DNA from: Pseudomonadota bacterium
GTDB lineage: Bacteria > Bdellovibrionota > FAC87 > UBA2466
Direction: 5' to 3'
Assembly: GCA_043718025.1 (NCBI GenBank)
Contig: JAYSWN010000132.1
Span: 1-26,336 of the forward strand
DNA: 26,336 nt
Part shown: piece by piece, positions 25,048-26,336 of the stretch
How the letters are laid out: each line of letters begins with the position of its first letter
Position numbering within the stretch: position 1 is the first letter of the stretch
The notes under the pieces: generated by a model
What the model was told of the DNA's origin: nothing
What the model saw: only the letters and a program-made list of their open reading frames with translations
Database searches by the model: none
Position numbers and translations under genes: made by a program

Positions 25048-26042
25048 GAGTTCACCTCGATCAAGGCGCGCGACGCTTCGCTATAGAGTTTAAGTCGCAC
25101 GTTTCTCACGTAGTTTTCGATGGCGCCCTTACCGCCTTGCTTAAGTATTTTCAGTTCGTCAGAAAGTTGATTGAGCATCTGCACTTCGGCCTGCGCCCGC
25201 ATGGTTTCAATTTCAACCGCACGACGTGACTGCACGATTTTTTGATCGGCAGAAGCTTGCGCTAAACTGATTTCCGAAGAGACTTGGTTGTGCGCCGTGT
25301 TGATTGCGGCTAAGGCCGATTCCACTTCGTGCGGAGGATCGATGCCGGTGATTAAGGTGGCATCAAGTCCAATTCCGTAGCGAGCGATGGAAGACTTACA
25401 CTCTTCGGCCATGCGCTGGCTTAAAGAATTTAAATTTTTTCTCAGGTCGTTAATGGAAACGCCCTGCACCTTCGCCCCCAACCCGAACTCATTAAGGTTC
25501 TCAGGAATTTCAATCGGTTTGGGCGCGGCGAAATTGGCAATGCGCTCACGCAAAATCGAAATAAAATAGCCCATCACGTGGGCCACCGGGCTCTTTACGC
25601 CGAAGAGGTACGCGTACAGATTTTTATCGGACACGCTAAACTGAATCTGGCCCCGTAGGCCCGTATTAAGCTGATCTTTAGTAACGGCTTCGAGCATCTC
25701 ACCGCCGCCGTTGGCGTTGGGGTTTTCTGGATCGTAGCCAATGCTAACGGTCTGAATGGCCACACTCACTTTTTGAATGCGCTGCCACGGCAATTTAAAG
25801 TACGGACCGCCCGGACGGATCACCCGAACCTGCGGGTAGTTGTAGCGAGTCTTTTCTTCTTCGGTCAGGGTGGCCGAGATGGGATCGCTCGATGTCGTCG
25901 ACTGCCCAATTCGCTCAACCCTGCCCAAGGTCAACTTCACCGCGCGTTCGTTCTGATCCACCGTATAGAAACCGGGGACAATGACCCGCACCGTCAACCA
26001 AAGCAGAAACCCAAAAAACCCGGCAATAAGAAATTCAAACAT
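25044..26042 (-). CDS. SPFH/band 7 domain protein
   Basis: N-terminal TM, GFYTVDQNERAV, PGGPYFKLPWQ, AVTKDQL, ITGIDPP.EV..A...I and Ala/Glu coiled coil; TGA overlaps the partner's ATG. Start at ATG 26042 (alternative 26069). Confidence 0.9.
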   Translation of the reverse strand: MFEFLIAGFFGFLLWLTVRVIVPGFYTVDQNERAVKLTLGRVERIGQSTTSSDPISATLTEEEKTRYNYPQVRVIRPGGPYFKLPWQRIQKVSVAIQTVSIGYDPENPNANGGGEMLEAVTKDQLNTGLRGQIQFSVSDKNLYAYLFGVKSPVAHVMGYFISILRERIANFAAPKPIEIPENLNEFGLGAKVQGVSINDLRKNLNSLSQRMAEECKSSIARYGIGLDATLITGIDPPHEVESALAAINTAHNQVSSEISLAQASADQKIVQSRRAVEIETMRAQAEVQMLNQLSDELKILKQGGKGAIENYVRNVRLKLYSEASRALIEVNS

Positions 26043-26111
26043 GGCCGAATCATAGAGGGCGATGGCCACAGCGACAAGGGGTTACTCCCAAAGGGACGGC
26101 GCCCCAAACCG

Positions 26112-26336
26112 CTAATTCTGAATCACGCCAACTCTATGTATAGCGGGTCCGCTTAAATTCCAGTTTTCGTCGCTTTCGAATTCAAACACCACGTCCGCCC
26201 GATCCCATTCGTTTGGAAGCTCCACTACGGCCGCCCGCCTTACCGGCATTTTCGAACCAGCAAATAGGTTGATCCGCTCGCCGGTGTCTGGATTGGCCAG
26301 AAACAGTCTTAAACTGTCGTTCAGATCTTCGGCCAC
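26112..26336 (-). CDS. C-terminal end of a hypothetical protein (runs off the window)
   Basis: Frame is open to the window edge, has protein-like composition and is co-oriented with the SPFH pair; no family recognised. Confidence 0.5.
   Translation of the reverse strand: MAEDLNDSLRLFLANPDTGERINLFAGSKMPVRRAAVVELPNEWDRADVVFEFESDENWNLSGPAIHRVGVIQN

Overview
A gene-dense bacterial window. The two DUF4360 paralogs, the Ig-like lipoprotein and several exported orphan proteins suggest a Bdellovibrionota/Oligoflexia-like host (inference only). Left to right: aguB-aguA (agmatine to putrescine); a probable ~135-nt structured minus-strand RNA with its own terminator; a divergent TetR gene; lineage-specific genes including a DEAH-box SF2 helicase with a signal-peptide-like N-terminus and four C-terminal repeats; a THUMP-type RNA methyltransferase, DUF1415 and mutM. 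Next is a tightly coupled five-gene minus-strand operon: BesD/HalD-fold Fe/2OG oxygenase with HxD, aldehyde dehydrogenase, methylaspartate ammonia-lyase homolog with a remodelled amine pocket, DddP-like M24 enzyme and BCCT transporter. This is the best candidate for an undescribed system, probably catabolism of an N-alkylated amine or sulfonium compound. The rest holds a REP-like inverted-repeat pair around an internally deleted GIY-YIG gene with a 4x28-bp tandem array, two convergent DUF4360 genes, an APC permease and two SPFH genes, one split by an in-frame TAG. The palindrome TTTGTAC-N3-GTACAAA occurs in two intergenic regions 20.8 kb apart, suggesting a small regulon. All family calls come from motif recognition and remembered reference sequences; no searches were run.
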